From NCBI GenBank assembly GCA_964455675.1, contig CAYVYK010000002.1:71791-135790 (forward strand): DNA of 64,000 nt, written 5' to 3'. The translations under genes were made by a program, and so were the position numbers. Shown here piece by piece: positions 29,357 through 38,728 of this stretch (position 1 is its first letter; every line of letters starts with the position of its first letter). The notes beneath the pieces were generated by a model, which worked only from the letters and a program-made list of their open reading frames with translations, was not told the origin of the DNA and did not search any database. This DNA comes from an uncultured Methanosarcinales archaeon. GTDB lineage: Archaea > Nanobdellota > Nanobdellia > Woesearchaeales > CAYVYK01.

Positions 29357-30409
29357 TTAGGGTGTAGTGTATATGGCGAGGATTGGTGGAGCTGATCCGA
29401 GGTCTGATGAATAGTCTCCGGTCGAAGCTGGAATATCCGCTGTTTTGAGCAGTACTGCCTCGTCGAGATCTGGATTCTGGATCCATAATTTGGTGAGCGC
29501 TGTTATGTCAATGGAAAGTGTCCCGTTTGTGACAACGCCGGATCCTGCTGCTGTGCTTAAGTAGTCTCCACCAGGTTGTGCCCATGGATAGTTCCACGTC
29601 GTGTTTGTGGCATGCCATGGGGCACTTGTCATATGGACAGAAACATTCTGCCCGCTCGTGCCAGGCTCTGGCGTGAGGATGAGGAGTGCGCTTGCGACCT
29701 TTGTCGCGTCTAGGCCGTACAGGTTGGGGAATCGCAGGAGCGTCCTTGCTGTTCCGCTCTGGATCGAGAGCTGTTGTTCCCCGTCATGGTTCTCATCTGG
29801 AGTTGTGCTCGTGATGTATGTCGCCTGTGCGTTGAACATCGTGCGGTCAGTAACATAGACAGTGATCGGTATCTCTTCTATGAGCATGAAGTCCTGGTAT
29901 ACTCGAAGAATAACGTGGGTTATTCCCGTTAAGCCGCTTGGCGTATCACACTGCAGAAAATCATCATCATCGATCCAGCAATTGATGTAGCGGTTATCTT
30001 GTTCGTGGAGGATTATGGAATAGTCGCGTCCCACGTAGAGGAGGTCATCCTTGCATTTTACTTCCAGAAGTGCGGGCGCAAAAACACGCTTGAATATGAG
30101 TTTCTCTGCTGGGAGCTGTGAATCAAGGTTGTTTTTTTTAAGATAGTGAAGTATCATGCTTTTGGTGATTGTACCATCGCCTGTAATGGATACTCGGTAG
30201 GTTGCTTCCTCTTCACCAAGAGCGCAGTCCGTCCACATCGCATAGACTCCCTTGATAAATTCGTCTGCAGTATACTGGAACTGGACTTCTGCTTCATTAC
30301 CAAGCGGGATTTCAACTGATGCAATATCAGAGCTAATCACAAAGTGCAGCATGAGTGATCCTACAACGAGTGCTGTGAGAATCATGACAGAGATCTCTAT
30401 CGCCTGTAT
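29357..30409 (-). CDS. Pilin-like membrane protein with C-terminal DNRLRE/CBM96-like domain (probable ATA start)
   Basis: N-terminal hydrophobic helix paralogous to the 56424 and 56852 ORFs; C-terminal ATYI...PDEN...RTLLRF...W...TW...WAQPGGDY...PILAIYT. Confidence 0.7.
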   Translation of the reverse strand: MQAIEISVMILTALVVGSLMLHFVISSDIASVEIPLGNEAEVQFQYTADEFIKGVYAMWTDCALGEEEATYRVSITGDGTITKSMILHYLKKNNLDSQLPAEKLIFKRVFAPALLEVKCKDDLLYVGRDYSIILHEQDNRYINCWIDDDDFLQCDTPSGLTGITHVILRVYQDFMLIEEIPITVYVTDRTMFNAQATYITSTTPDENHDGEQQLSIQSGTARTLLRFPNLYGLDATKVASALLILTPEPGTSGQNVSVHMTSAPWHATNTTWNYPWAQPGGDYLSTAAGSGVVTNGTLSIDITALTKLWIQNPDLDEAVLLKTADIPASTGDYSSDLGSAPPILAIYTTP

Positions 30410-30541
30410 GGACTACACCTCCTCTGCTCGCTTTTAGTGTCTTTTATATTTAAAACTGCGTGTTTGTGCCTTGAAAACTGCTGTGCTGAAGAGTGTTCAT
30501 CCTCCATAATCATTATTAGGACGGGATGCATTCTGGGTGTT

Positions 30542-31117
30542 ATGGCACGAAAAAGCAAGTATCCGATTTTACCTGAAATACTGAATCGCTGGTCTGCTCG
30601 TGCAATGTCAGGCGAACCAATGAGTGATGCAGAATTGTTCCCGCTCTTTGAAGCTGCTCGCTGGGCGCCTTCGAGTTCGAACGCACAGCTTTGGAGGTTT
30701 GTGTACGCCAAGAGGGTTTCAGTCCACTGGGATCCTTTCTTCACGCTTCTGAATTCGGGAAATCAGACCTGGTGCAAGAATGCTTCAGTACTTGTCATTC
30801 TTGTATCTCGGACACATAAGGGGGATCGCCCCCAGAAAACATTCGCATTTGATGCGGGTTCTGCCTGGGAGAATCTCGCCGTTGAGGGCACAAGGAAGGG
30901 ATATGTTGTTCATGCCATGGCCGGATTTGATTATGATATGGCAGCCACCCGTTTAGGCCTGTCTATGTTCTGGAAACCCCTTGTTATGATCGCGATAGGC
31001 AAACCTGCAAGCAAGGAGGTATTGACCCCGGAATTACAGGCTCGTGAATTTGCAAGTGACCGCGTCCCCCTGCATAGTATCATTTCTGAGGGTGTTTTCT
31101 CAAAGGAATGGCAGTAA
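30542..31117 (+). CDS. Nitroreductase family protein
   Basis: RWSARAM, EAARWAPSSSNAQLWRF, FDAGSAWENL, HAMAGFD. Confidence 0.92.
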   Translation: MARKSKYPILPEILNRWSARAMSGEPMSDAELFPLFEAARWAPSSSNAQLWRFVYAKRVSVHWDPFFTLLNSGNQTWCKNASVLVILVSRTHKGDRPQKTFAFDAGSAWENLAVEGTRKGYVVHAMAGFDYDMAATRLGLSMFWKPLVMIAIGKPASKEVLTPELQAREFASDRVPLHSIISEGVFSKEWQ

Positions 31118-31172
31118 ATCAAGAATAGGTTTAAATACTAAACTTATCAGGATAGCCTTTGGGGTGATTAAT

Positions 31173-31370
31173 ATGGCAGAAAAGAATGTTATTGACTGGA
31201 TAGCCATTGTGTTGGTTATTATTGGTGGTTTGAATTGGGGTCTTGTGGGTTTGTTCGGCTTTGATCTCGTGGATGCAGTGCTTGGTTCAATCCCGATATT
31301 GGCCAAGATAGTCTATATCCTCGTGGGTATTGCGGCGATATACATGATATATTATGTCGCAAAGAAGTAG
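31173..31370 (+). CDS. DUF378 (YuzA-like) small membrane protein
   Basis: LVIIGGLNWGLVGLFGFDLV...IVYILVG. Confidence 0.9.
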   Translation: MAEKNVIDWIAIVLVIIGGLNWGLVGLFGFDLVDAVLGSIPILAKIVYILVGIAAIYMIYYVAKK

Positions 31371-31378
31371 AATGAAGC

Positions 31379-31915
31379 ATGAGGCTCGAAACAAAACGTA
31401 TTATTCTCCGTCTGCCAAGGCAGACGGATATTTCTGATATTGTGGAGAACATTCATAGCAGGGATGTCGTGAGGTGGACAAGTACCATCCCTCATCCTTA
31501 CACAAGGAATAATGCGGTTTCTTTTATTGCGAGAGCTGCAAAGGACAAGAAGAGCGGCTCTTCGTATCATTTCATGATCGTTCTGAAAGAAACAGGAAAG
31601 GTGATTGGCGGCGTTGGAATTTTGAAGATCAACCGTGTAAATAAGAGCGCCCTGCTTGGCTACTGGGTAGGTAAGAAGTATTGGGGACAAGGTTTTGCGA
31701 CTGAAGCGTCAAAGCTTGCGCTGCGTTTTGCATTTGGCGAGCTCCATCTTCATCGCATCAATGGAAAAGTGTATGCGGATAATCATGCGTCGAGGCGTGT
31801 TCTTGAGAAGTGCGGATTCAGGCAAGAGGGTATTTCGAGGAAAGCGAGATACAAATATGGCAAATGGCGCGATCTATTGCTCTTTGGTTTGCTGCCAGGC
31901 GAGCTACGGCCGTGA
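31379..31915 (+). CDS. GNAT N-acetyltransferase (RimJ/RimL family)
   Basis: LETKRIILR, LGYWVGKKYWGQGFATEA, NHASRRVLEKCGF..EG. Confidence 0.9.
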   Translation: MRLETKRIILRLPRQTDISDIVENIHSRDVVRWTSTIPHPYTRNNAVSFIARAAKDKKSGSSYHFMIVLKETGKVIGGVGILKINRVNKSALLGYWVGKKYWGQGFATEASKLALRFAFGELHLHRINGKVYADNHASRRVLEKCGFRQEGISRKARYKYGKWRDLLLFGLLPGELRP

Positions 31916-32467
31916 GACGAATGGATTGTTCTGGATAGAGAATCTATAGGGCAGGAATTTTCCTTTTGATAGTCCGATTCGGGGGGTTGTTACGATGCGA
32001 GCTTGCCTTTTGCGTCCTCGTTCGATTCTGAGTTTTCCGTCAAGGAGTGAGATGCCGTTCTGTTTTTTGCTGATCCCCATAGCCTTGACAAGGTTTCCAG
32101 GTCCCGCGCAGAGCCTGCGAATACTGTGCGTGCTTCCCCGCCGTTTTCGCATGAGATCAATTCCTTCAATGGGTTCAAGTGCCCGTATCAGCACGGCTTC
32201 GCCAATCCCAACGGGGCGCGTGACAACATTGAAGCAGTGGTGCACTCCATAAATAAGATAGATATACGCCGTCCCTGCTTCCCCAAACATCTGCTCGTTG
32301 CGCTGCGTCTTCCCCTGGTAGGAGTGCGATGCGGGGTCGTTCGCAAGGTAAGCCTCCGTTTCCACGATTCGACCGCTCGTCCTCCCTTCGGGACTATCGT
32401 GGACAAGGATCTTGCCAAGGAGCTTCTGTGCCGCTTCCCGCGTATCTCGCATGAGTGTTCGTTTCAT
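31904..32467 (-). CDS. mpg: DNA-3-methyladenine glycosylase (MPG/AAG)
   Basis: [44 protein letters not shown]. Confidence 0.93.
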   Translation of the reverse strand: MKRTLMRDTREAAQKLLGKILVHDSPEGRTSGRIVETEAYLANDPASHSYQGKTQRNEQMFGEAGTAYIYLIYGVHHCFNVVTRPVGIGEAVLIRALEPIEGIDLMRKRRGSTHSIRRLCAGPGNLVKAMGISKKQNGISLLDGKLRIERGRKRQARIVTTPRIGLSKGKFLPYRFSIQNNPFVSRP

Positions 32468-32874
32468 TCCCCAATGACCTTGATGAGTATTCGTTTTGCC
32501 CTCTGGCCGTCAAATTCTCCGTAGAATATTTGTTCCCAGGGTCCGAAGTCAAGTTTGCCGCCTGTCACGGCAACGACGACATCGCGCCCCATGATTGTTC
32601 GTTTCAGATGCGCGTCTGCGTTGTCTTCTCCTGTCTCGTGGTGGCGGTAGTCTTTTACCGGCGCCAGTTCCTCAAGCCACTCCAGAAAATCGTGCTTAAG
32701 GCCTTCTTCCTCATCGTTGATGAACACGCTTGCAGTGATATGCATGGAATTCACGAGGCATAAGCCTTCTTTGATCGTGCTCTTTCTTACTTCGTCGGCG
32801 ACTTGCTCTGTGATGTTCACGATTGTCTTGCGTTCCCGTGTCTTCATGGTGATATAGGCAGTGTGCGATTTCAT
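32464..32874 (-). CDS. yjbQ: YjbQ/UPF0047 family protein
   Basis: [40 protein letters not shown]. Confidence 0.92.
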   Translation of the reverse strand: MKSHTAYITMKTRERKTIVNITEQVADEVRKSTIKEGLCLVNSMHITASVFINDEEEGLKHDFLEWLEELAPVKDYRHHETGEDNADAHLKRTIMGRDVVVAVTGGKLDFGPWEQIFYGEFDGQRAKRILIKVIGE

Positions 32875-32877
32875 GGT

Positions 32878-33426
32878 TCACCTGGTTTTTTCGTACGTAT
32901 TCTGTTTGCGCGGGTAGTTGTGCTTCACCACGTCAAGAATCGTCCATGGCTTGCAGTCTTTTTTATCAAATCCAAGTGTGCGTACCATCCGGAATATTTC
33001 CCTCTCGGTTGGTCCCTCGATCTCAAGGAATTCCGGCACGAACGAGAAATGGTCGTGATACTTGTCAAACTCGACATGAACCTTTCCTAGCGTGTAGCTC
33101 GTTCGGTGCTTTTTCATCTCGAGCCACACGCTGTATCCTAGTCCCTCAAGGATCTTGCGTGTCTTCTGAAAATCCGCAACCTTGACCTCGTGCTCGTCCC
33201 GGACCTTTGTCCTCGTTCCTGGGATGAATCCTTTGAACGTGAGGTACGATTCATTTCCCATGAGGCGCAGCCTGAGCGTTTGCCTTCGCGATCGAAGCGT
33301 TTTCCGCTCGTCAAAGAAGAGTGCGTGGACTTCTCCTGAGAATACTTTTTTTGCACCCATCGCGCAGAGCTTTTTTTCAATCGCTTTTCGATCGATATTG
33401 AGCACCTTGACTTCAATTTCTCGCAT
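32878..33426 (-). CDS. cyaB: CYTH domain protein (class IV adenylate cyclase-like)
   Basis: EIEVK, LRLR, LTFKG, K.R, FLEIEG. Confidence 0.88.
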   Translation of the reverse strand: MREIEVKVLNIDRKAIEKKLCAMGAKKVFSGEVHALFFDERKTLRSRRQTLRLRLMGNESYLTFKGFIPGTRTKVRDEHEVKVADFQKTRKILEGLGYSVWLEMKKHRTSYTLGKVHVEFDKYHDHFSFVPEFLEIEGPTEREIFRMVRTLGFDKKDCKPWTILDVVKHNYPRKQNTYEKTR

Positions 33427-33534
33427 GCGATGGAGGCTGTTTCCATCCTATAAAAATGTATGCGCGAGGTGTTTGCGTGACGTCGCCATGCGTTGTACCA
33501 TATCTTTAAATAGTGTCGTTTTTCCGTCTTAGGA

Positions 33535-34443
33535 ATGGCAGTCATTGAGATCAGGGATGTTGTGAAGCGGTTTGGAAAGAACACTGCTCTTGATTCGGTG
33601 TCGCTTTCGATCGAGAAAGGCGAGATTTTCGGACTTCTTGGTCCAAATGGCGCAGGGAAGACCACATTGATCAACATCATGTGCGGCCTTGTCGAGAAGG
33701 ATAGTGGTTCGGTTTCAATTCTCGGTATGGACATTGGGCAGATGCACCGTATCCGTGAGCGTATCAACATTGTCCTTGGTTTCACATCGATCGGAATGGA
33801 CATGAGCATCCGTGAGCTCCTGAAGTATTACTGCCTCCTCTATGACCTTGACAATTCAAAGATGCGCATCAATTACGCCGCAAAGGCCGCTGGCGTTGAT
33901 GACAGAATGGACTATCTCGTGCGTGATCTTTCAAGCGGATTTAAGCAGCGCGTTCTCTTGGCGAAAGCATTGCTGAATGATCCTGAGGTTCTATTCCTTG
34001 ACGAGCCAACCGTTGGCCTCGATGTTGAGGCTGCGATGAAGATGCGCTCCCTCATGTGCGATCTGCGAAAGAAGGGGAATACTATCATCCTCACGACGCA
34101 TAATATGCATGAGGTAGAAGAGCTCTGCGACCGCATCGCCCTTATATCAAATGGCAGAATCATCGCTCAGGGTTCCGTTCCGGAAATCAAGGGTCTCCTG
34201 AAGGTAGACCTTGTTGTCGAGATAGACACGAGTGATAATGCTGATCTCTGTACTCGCCTGAAAAGAATAAAGTATCAAGCACTGGTTGTCGAAGGTGTTG
34301 TTCATGTCAAGCTCGAGAAGGAACTTGACATCCAGCGCCTGCTTGCAACACTCTCCGGCTATCCGCTGGAGGTGTATTCGTTCCGTCTGCTCGAACCGAC
34401 GTTAGAGGAAGCGTTCATGAAATTGGTGAAGTCCCATGCGTAG
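33535..34443 (+). CDS. ABC transporter ATP-binding protein
   Basis: GPNGAGKTT, LSSGFKQR, LFLDEPT. Confidence 0.95.
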   Translation: MAVIEIRDVVKRFGKNTALDSVSLSIEKGEIFGLLGPNGAGKTTLINIMCGLVEKDSGSVSILGMDIGQMHRIRERINIVLGFTSIGMDMSIRELLKYYCLLYDLDNSKMRINYAAKAAGVDDRMDYLVRDLSSGFKQRVLLAKALLNDPEVLFLDEPTVGLDVEAAMKMRSLMCDLRKKGNTIILTTHNMHEVEELCDRIALISNGRIIAQGSVPEIKGLLKVDLVVEIDTSDNADLCTRLKRIKYQALVVEGVVHVKLEKELDIQRLLATLSGYPLEVYSFRLLEPTLEEAFMKLVKSHA

Positions 34444-35194
34444 AATCTTTTCCCAAGTATACAAAAACTGGATTCTCCTGCGAAGAAACCATTTCAGGTT
34501 ATTTGATGTCACGATCTGGCCGCTTGTCCTCCTTTTCTCTATCACGCTTTTCGTCGGATTCCTCGGCGGCAGGCCTGACATCATTGGCATGGTTGTCATG
34601 GGCATCGCGGGCTGGCGCGCGGTATACCACCTCCAGATGGAAATGAACACGGGCTACATGGATGAGTACTGGAGCAATTCGATCAACCACTTCCTGACAA
34701 CTCCTATTCGCATCATGGAATTCCTGATAGGTTCAATCATTACGGGTGTACTGAAGCTTGTTATCGTCGTCACGGCATACATCATCATCGGAAAGTACGT
34801 GTTTGGCTTCTCGATCCCAAGCTGGCCAATGTTCCTCATGGGTCTTGCCATTCTTTCCCTATTTGGTATCGCGATAGGTATGATGACGCTTGGTCTTAAT
34901 ATTGTCTTTCACGAGCACTCATTCGCGTTCACGTGGGCGATTGCTGATGTTGTTGTGCTCATTTCGGGAGTCTATTACCCTATCACGATATTCCCAAAGG
35001 CGATCCAGGTGATCTCATCAGCAATACCAGCAACCTATGGGTTTAATGTCTTAAAGAGCATGCTCGGCTTTGCGACGGTGAATTACCTTATGCTTGGAAT
35101 TACGCTTCTCGTTTGGCTTGGCCTTGGCGCTGCTGTCCTTGCGGTTTGCTACCGCTACGCGAAAAGGCATGGACGGCTGGGTAAGGGCGGTTAA
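34436..35194 (+). CDS. ABC-2 type permease
   Basis: About 6 TM helices, ISGVYYPI...P; follows the ATPase. Confidence 0.88.
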   Translation: MRRIFSQVYKNWILLRRNHFRLFDVTIWPLVLLFSITLFVGFLGGRPDIIGMVVMGIAGWRAVYHLQMEMNTGYMDEYWSNSINHFLTTPIRIMEFLIGSIITGVLKLVIVVTAYIIIGKYVFGFSIPSWPMFLMGLAILSLFGIAIGMMTLGLNIVFHEHSFAFTWAIADVVVLISGVYYPITIFPKAIQVISSAIPATYGFNVLKSMLGFATVNYLMLGITLLVWLGLGAAVLAVCYRYAKRHGRLGKGG

Positions 35195-35269
35195 GTACCC
35201 TTTTCTGAACCAAGATCCTAGAAAGAAGCGCTGTAGGCTCATCACAGTCCAAACCTTTTCTTAACCGAA

Positions 35270-35461
35270 TTACATTCCAAGGAACTTCAAGAGTCCGTAC
35301 ACGACAAACGCCGGCCACACAAGTGCTTTGAGGATTCCAAGGACTCCCATCCAAAATCCTGTTGCTGCAGAAAGATAGTATACTGCCGCTCCGATGAGTC
35401 CAAGGCCGTATACGGCGCTCGACGGTCCGTGCTCCTGGAATTTCTTGTAGTTCTGTTTCAT
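35270..35461 (-). CDS. Small two-TM membrane protein
   Basis: SD GAGGTG; AVYGLGLIGAAVYYL...GFWMGVLGILKALVWPAFVVY. Confidence 0.75.
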   Translation of the reverse strand: MKQNYKKFQEHGPSSAVYGLGLIGAAVYYLSAATGFWMGVLGILKALVWPAFVVYGLLKFLGM

Positions 35462-35465
35462 ATGT

Positions 35466-36005
35466 TCACCTCGATCTTTTTGCGAAAATGATGATGGATT
35501 TGTTCTGCGGGATTTCAACGGTCTTGACGATGGTAACGCCGGCGTCGGCAAGGACGCTCATGAGTTTCGCCCGATCGAACTTGTGTCCAAGCTCAAAGAA
35601 GCGTTTTTCATCGATCGACTCCCTGATGATAAGCCCGTTAAAGTTCTTGGTGAGCTTTGAGAGAGCCTTTGTGGGCTCGTTCAAGTGATGTACCACCCCC
35701 CAGAGGATCCCCACATCGCCGACGAGCTCCTCCTTCTCGATATCAAGCACCTTTGCGCGTATTCCTCGCCGCAGAGCTGATTTTATAAGTTGTTTGGACC
35801 GATCCACACCGCAGTATGATTCGCTTTCAAGGACGGAGGCGATTCTCTTGCTTATCTTGCCGTCCCCGCAGCCAATGTCGGTTATGTCTCGATGTGTGTA
35901 TTCCGAAGGAAGGTGTTGTGACAGATACAAGAGTTCAGTCGCGACATCGTATCCTGAATAGTTTATCCCAAAACTGTACATCACCTTCTCAAGGAATCTG
36001 TTCAT
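35466..36005 (-). CDS. Class I SAM-dependent methyltransferase
   Basis: DIGCGDG, GVD, VVHHL. Confidence 0.82.
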   Translation of the reverse strand: MNRFLEKVMYSFGINYSGYDVATELLYLSQHLPSEYTHRDITDIGCGDGKISKRIASVLESESYCGVDRSKQLIKSALRRGIRAKVLDIEKEELVGDVGILWGVVHHLNEPTKALSKLTKNFNGLIIRESIDEKRFFELGHKFDRAKLMSVLADAGVTIVKTVEIPQNKSIIIFAKRSR

Positions 36006-36129
36006 GCAGGAGATGTAGAGTGTGCTTGTATATATACTGCGCTGGGAAATCAGGTGCGGAATAGTGTAGTATCCCGGATACAATGCTGTACTGCATCACG
36101 TGATGTTCAGAATAATGTGATGTATTGGA

Positions 36130-36633
36130 TTATTTGGTATACTGTTTTTCTTTCTCGCTAAGCCACGAAAAGAGCACAGCGTTTTGGACCGCTACTGGGA
36201 TAATCCTATCAGAATATTCATTGGTGTCAATAAAGTACCAGCCACGGCCTCCCTGGCTCCTTGGTTTATCGAGAGCCACAGCTCTCCGGCTTGATTTATC
36301 GAGAGTTCCAACGATCTCTTCGAGGATTATTACTTCCGGCAGGGGTTCTAGTTCTTCTTGCGGATGTACCGTTCCGAATGGTGCGCCAGTATCATAATGA
36401 TATTCTGTAAACAGAAAACGTTCTTGAAATTTCTCCCGAATGCCGATAAAACCCCCGGTTGCTTGAGTAAATACTCCAAACGAAAGATTTCTCGACTGTA
36501 TTCTGTACAGGAGTCTGTCTTTGCATTCATCAAGAGGTATCCTTTCCACAGAGATCTGTAAGTCATGATGGTTATAAAAGAATATGTTTCCATGGAATCG
36601 CCCAGGTATTATTTCTAACTCGGAGAACCACAC
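36130..36633 (-). CDS. Hypothetical protein
   Basis: 167-aa ORF filling the gap; no motif recognised; start uncertain. Confidence 0.5.
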   Translation of the reverse strand: MWFSELEIIPGRFHGNIFFYNHHDLQISVERIPLDECKDRLLYRIQSRNLSFGVFTQATGGFIGIREKFQERFLFTEYHYDTGAPFGTVHPQEELEPLPEVIILEEIVGTLDKSSRRAVALDKPRSQGGRGWYFIDTNEYSDRIIPVAVQNAVLFSWLSEKEKQYTK

Positions 36634-36706
36634 TAATTATGTTCTTTTCCTGATCGGCGGATATATATCACTGGTACAGCGAAAGCCATTACGTGCTTGG
36701 ATAAAT

Positions 36707-37768
36707 TTAGAAAAACCAACTCACAAACTTGAGTATTCCCTGCTTCCATGGTACACGATGGGTTATTCCGGTTGATCCTTGAAATTCATGCAGGTGCGTA
36801 AGGTACCATTGGTAATTTCGGATCAGCGCCTGTTTATTTGAGTACTTGGTAACAAATCCAAGCTGTCGCTTGGCCTTCTCGACGGAGACAAACGAGTCCT
36901 CGGGTGCCGTCTCATAGATCCATTTGTAGAGAGGCGATAGCTTTAGTTTCTCAAGGACCCGAAGCGTAAGAATCAGTGGCGCAGCTGGCACGGGGATGAT
37001 CCGCTTGCCCGTCTTCGCATACTCGATCACCGCGCCAAAATCTTCTTTCATTGTTGTAAACTCTTTCGCGCCAATGTTGAACGTGTCATTCACAACGTGA
37101 TCTGGCTTTTTCATGCAGATGTGGATGACTTCGCAGAAATCCTCGACGTCGAGCAACTGATAACGGTTCCGTCCAGATCCGATGATGGGGATGTTTTTTC
37201 CGCGATGGATCCAGTCATAATATATCGCCATGACACCGAGTCGTTCTGGTCCAACAAAGCTTTTCGGTCGGAGTATAGGTACTATCATTCCTTTCTTGCG
37301 GTAGAGCAGGCATACTTCCTCTGCTTTCACTTTTGCATATCCGTATGCCCCAACACCCTGCATCCGATCTGTCTCAAGAAGCGGGTGGTGATCTGGAATC
37401 CCGTAAACAGCCGTCGTCGATATGTGCACAACTCGCGGTATTTTGTTGAGTCGTGCAAGTTCCAGTACATTGCGCGTTCCTTGAATATCGGTAGAGAATA
37501 TCTCCTCTTTTGGGTAGAGCGGAAGCGCTGCTGCGCAGTGCACCACAAGATCACATCCTTCCATGGATTCCTGCAGATCTGTGAGATTGCGAATGTCCCC
37601 ATGCACAAAGCGGATCCTGTTTTTCATGTCTTGATACGTGAACTTCTCGATATCGATGACACTGATTTCATAGCCGCGCGCGTACAGATACCTGCAAAGA
37701 TTGATCCCAAGAAATCCGGATCCTCCCGTGATAAGGACGCGCTGTTTGCGCTTTTTTGCCTTGGCCAT
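36707..37768 (-). CDS. NAD-dependent epimerase/dehydratase (extended SDR)
   Basis: LITGGSGFLG, VVHCAA, STTAVYG, YGYAK. Confidence 0.92.
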   Translation of the reverse strand: MAKAKKRKQRVLITGGSGFLGINLCRYLYARGYEISVIDIEKFTYQDMKNRIRFVHGDIRNLTDLQESMEGCDLVVHCAAALPLYPKEEIFSTDIQGTRNVLELARLNKIPRVVHISTTAVYGIPDHHPLLETDRMQGVGAYGYAKVKAEEVCLLYRKKGMIVPILRPKSFVGPERLGVMAIYYDWIHRGKNIPIIGSGRNRYQLLDVEDFCEVIHICMKKPDHVVNDTFNIGAKEFTTMKEDFGAVIEYAKTGKRIIPVPAAPLILTLRVLEKLKLSPLYKWIYETAPEDSFVSVEKAKRQLGFVTKYSNKQALIRNYQWYLTHLHEFQGSTGITHRVPWKQGILKFVSWFF

Positions 37769-37804
37769 ATGAGTTGAGGAATGAACCAAAGCTTAAATAG
37801 CTTT

Positions 37805-38015
37805 TCGGTCTCGCCGATGGAAAGGACGCCCAGGGTCGATCAATCAGTCATACGAGAACATACAATCACCTCGCACAGAGAATGTATGTCGCTTTGCGAC
37901 AATAAATCCGAATGAAGCCCACCGACCAACGGGAGGTGGACTGTCTCACTCTAGTATTGTCTAGAGTAGTGTACCCTGAAAAATAATACATCGAAGTCAA
38001 TCCTCCACAGGCCAC
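37805..38015. other. Hairpin-rich intergenic region, candidate structured RNA or leader
   Basis: Stems ACATACA/TGTATGT, TGTCGC/GCGACA, CCACC/GGTGG, ACTCTAG/CTAGAGT and long-range CAGGGT/ACCCTG. Confidence 0.3.
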
Positions 38016-38061
38016 CCGCGCGACGAATATTTATATACACCCAACTTGTTGCCAATGTCAG

Positions 38062-38727
38062 ATGCCATTCCTGCTCTCTCCGACAACTTTAAACTTATAC
38101 AAGGAGTGCCCCCGCTGTTTCTGGCTGCACTTTCATGGTTGCAAGCGTCCTGATGCTCCGTTCCCTAGCCTTCCAAATGGGATGGACCGTATCCTCAAGG
38201 AGCACTTTGATGGATTCCGTGATCGTGGCATTCTTCCTCCCGAGCTTCGCGCTCTTGAAGGCATCAAGCTCTTTGAGAACGAATCGCTGCTCAAATCATG
38301 GAGAAATAACCTGCAGGGTATCCGCTGGAAGCATCCTGATGGCCATACCATATTGGGTGCTGTGGATAATATTCTTCAGAGTGGGAATAAGTTGATCGTG
38401 CTCGATTACAAGACTAGGGGGTATCCTCCTCGAGAGACAACAGCTGATTACTACCAAGATCAGATGGATGCATATAATTTCCTGCTTAGAAAGAACGGAT
38501 ATGAGACAGAAGACTTTGCATTTCTGCTGTTCTACCATCCTGATAAAGTTACGGGTGATGGTACCATATCATTCCATGCGGATCTTCACAAAATGAGAGT
38601 CTTCCCCGAGAATACGGCAGGTAGAATTGCCGAGGCGCTGACTGTACTATCCGGTGACATTCCAGAGATTAATCCGGACTGCGAGTTCTGTATGTGGGGA
38701 AGGCATTCCATCCAGAGAAAACTCTGA
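38062..38727 (+). CDS. PD-(D/E)XK nuclease, Cas4/RecB-like (no CRISPR context)
   Basis: LSPTTL...CPRC, GAVD...LDYKT, QMDAY, CEFC. Confidence 0.85.
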   Translation: MPFLLSPTTLNLYKECPRCFWLHFHGCKRPDAPFPSLPNGMDRILKEHFDGFRDRGILPPELRALEGIKLFENESLLKSWRNNLQGIRWKHPDGHTILGAVDNILQSGNKLIVLDYKTRGYPPRETTADYYQDQMDAYNFLLRKNGYETEDFAFLLFYHPDKVTGDGTISFHADLHKMRVFPENTAGRIAEALTVLSGDIPEINPDCEFCMWGRHSIQRKL

Positions 38728-38728
38728 T

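Noticed and set aside
37801..37850. Hammerhead, fluoride riboswitch, SRP or RNase P identity for the structured spacer
   Set aside because: Core consensus motifs are not matched (CTGATTGA rather than CTGATGA; no GAGGAAAGTCC or SRP helix-8 motif).
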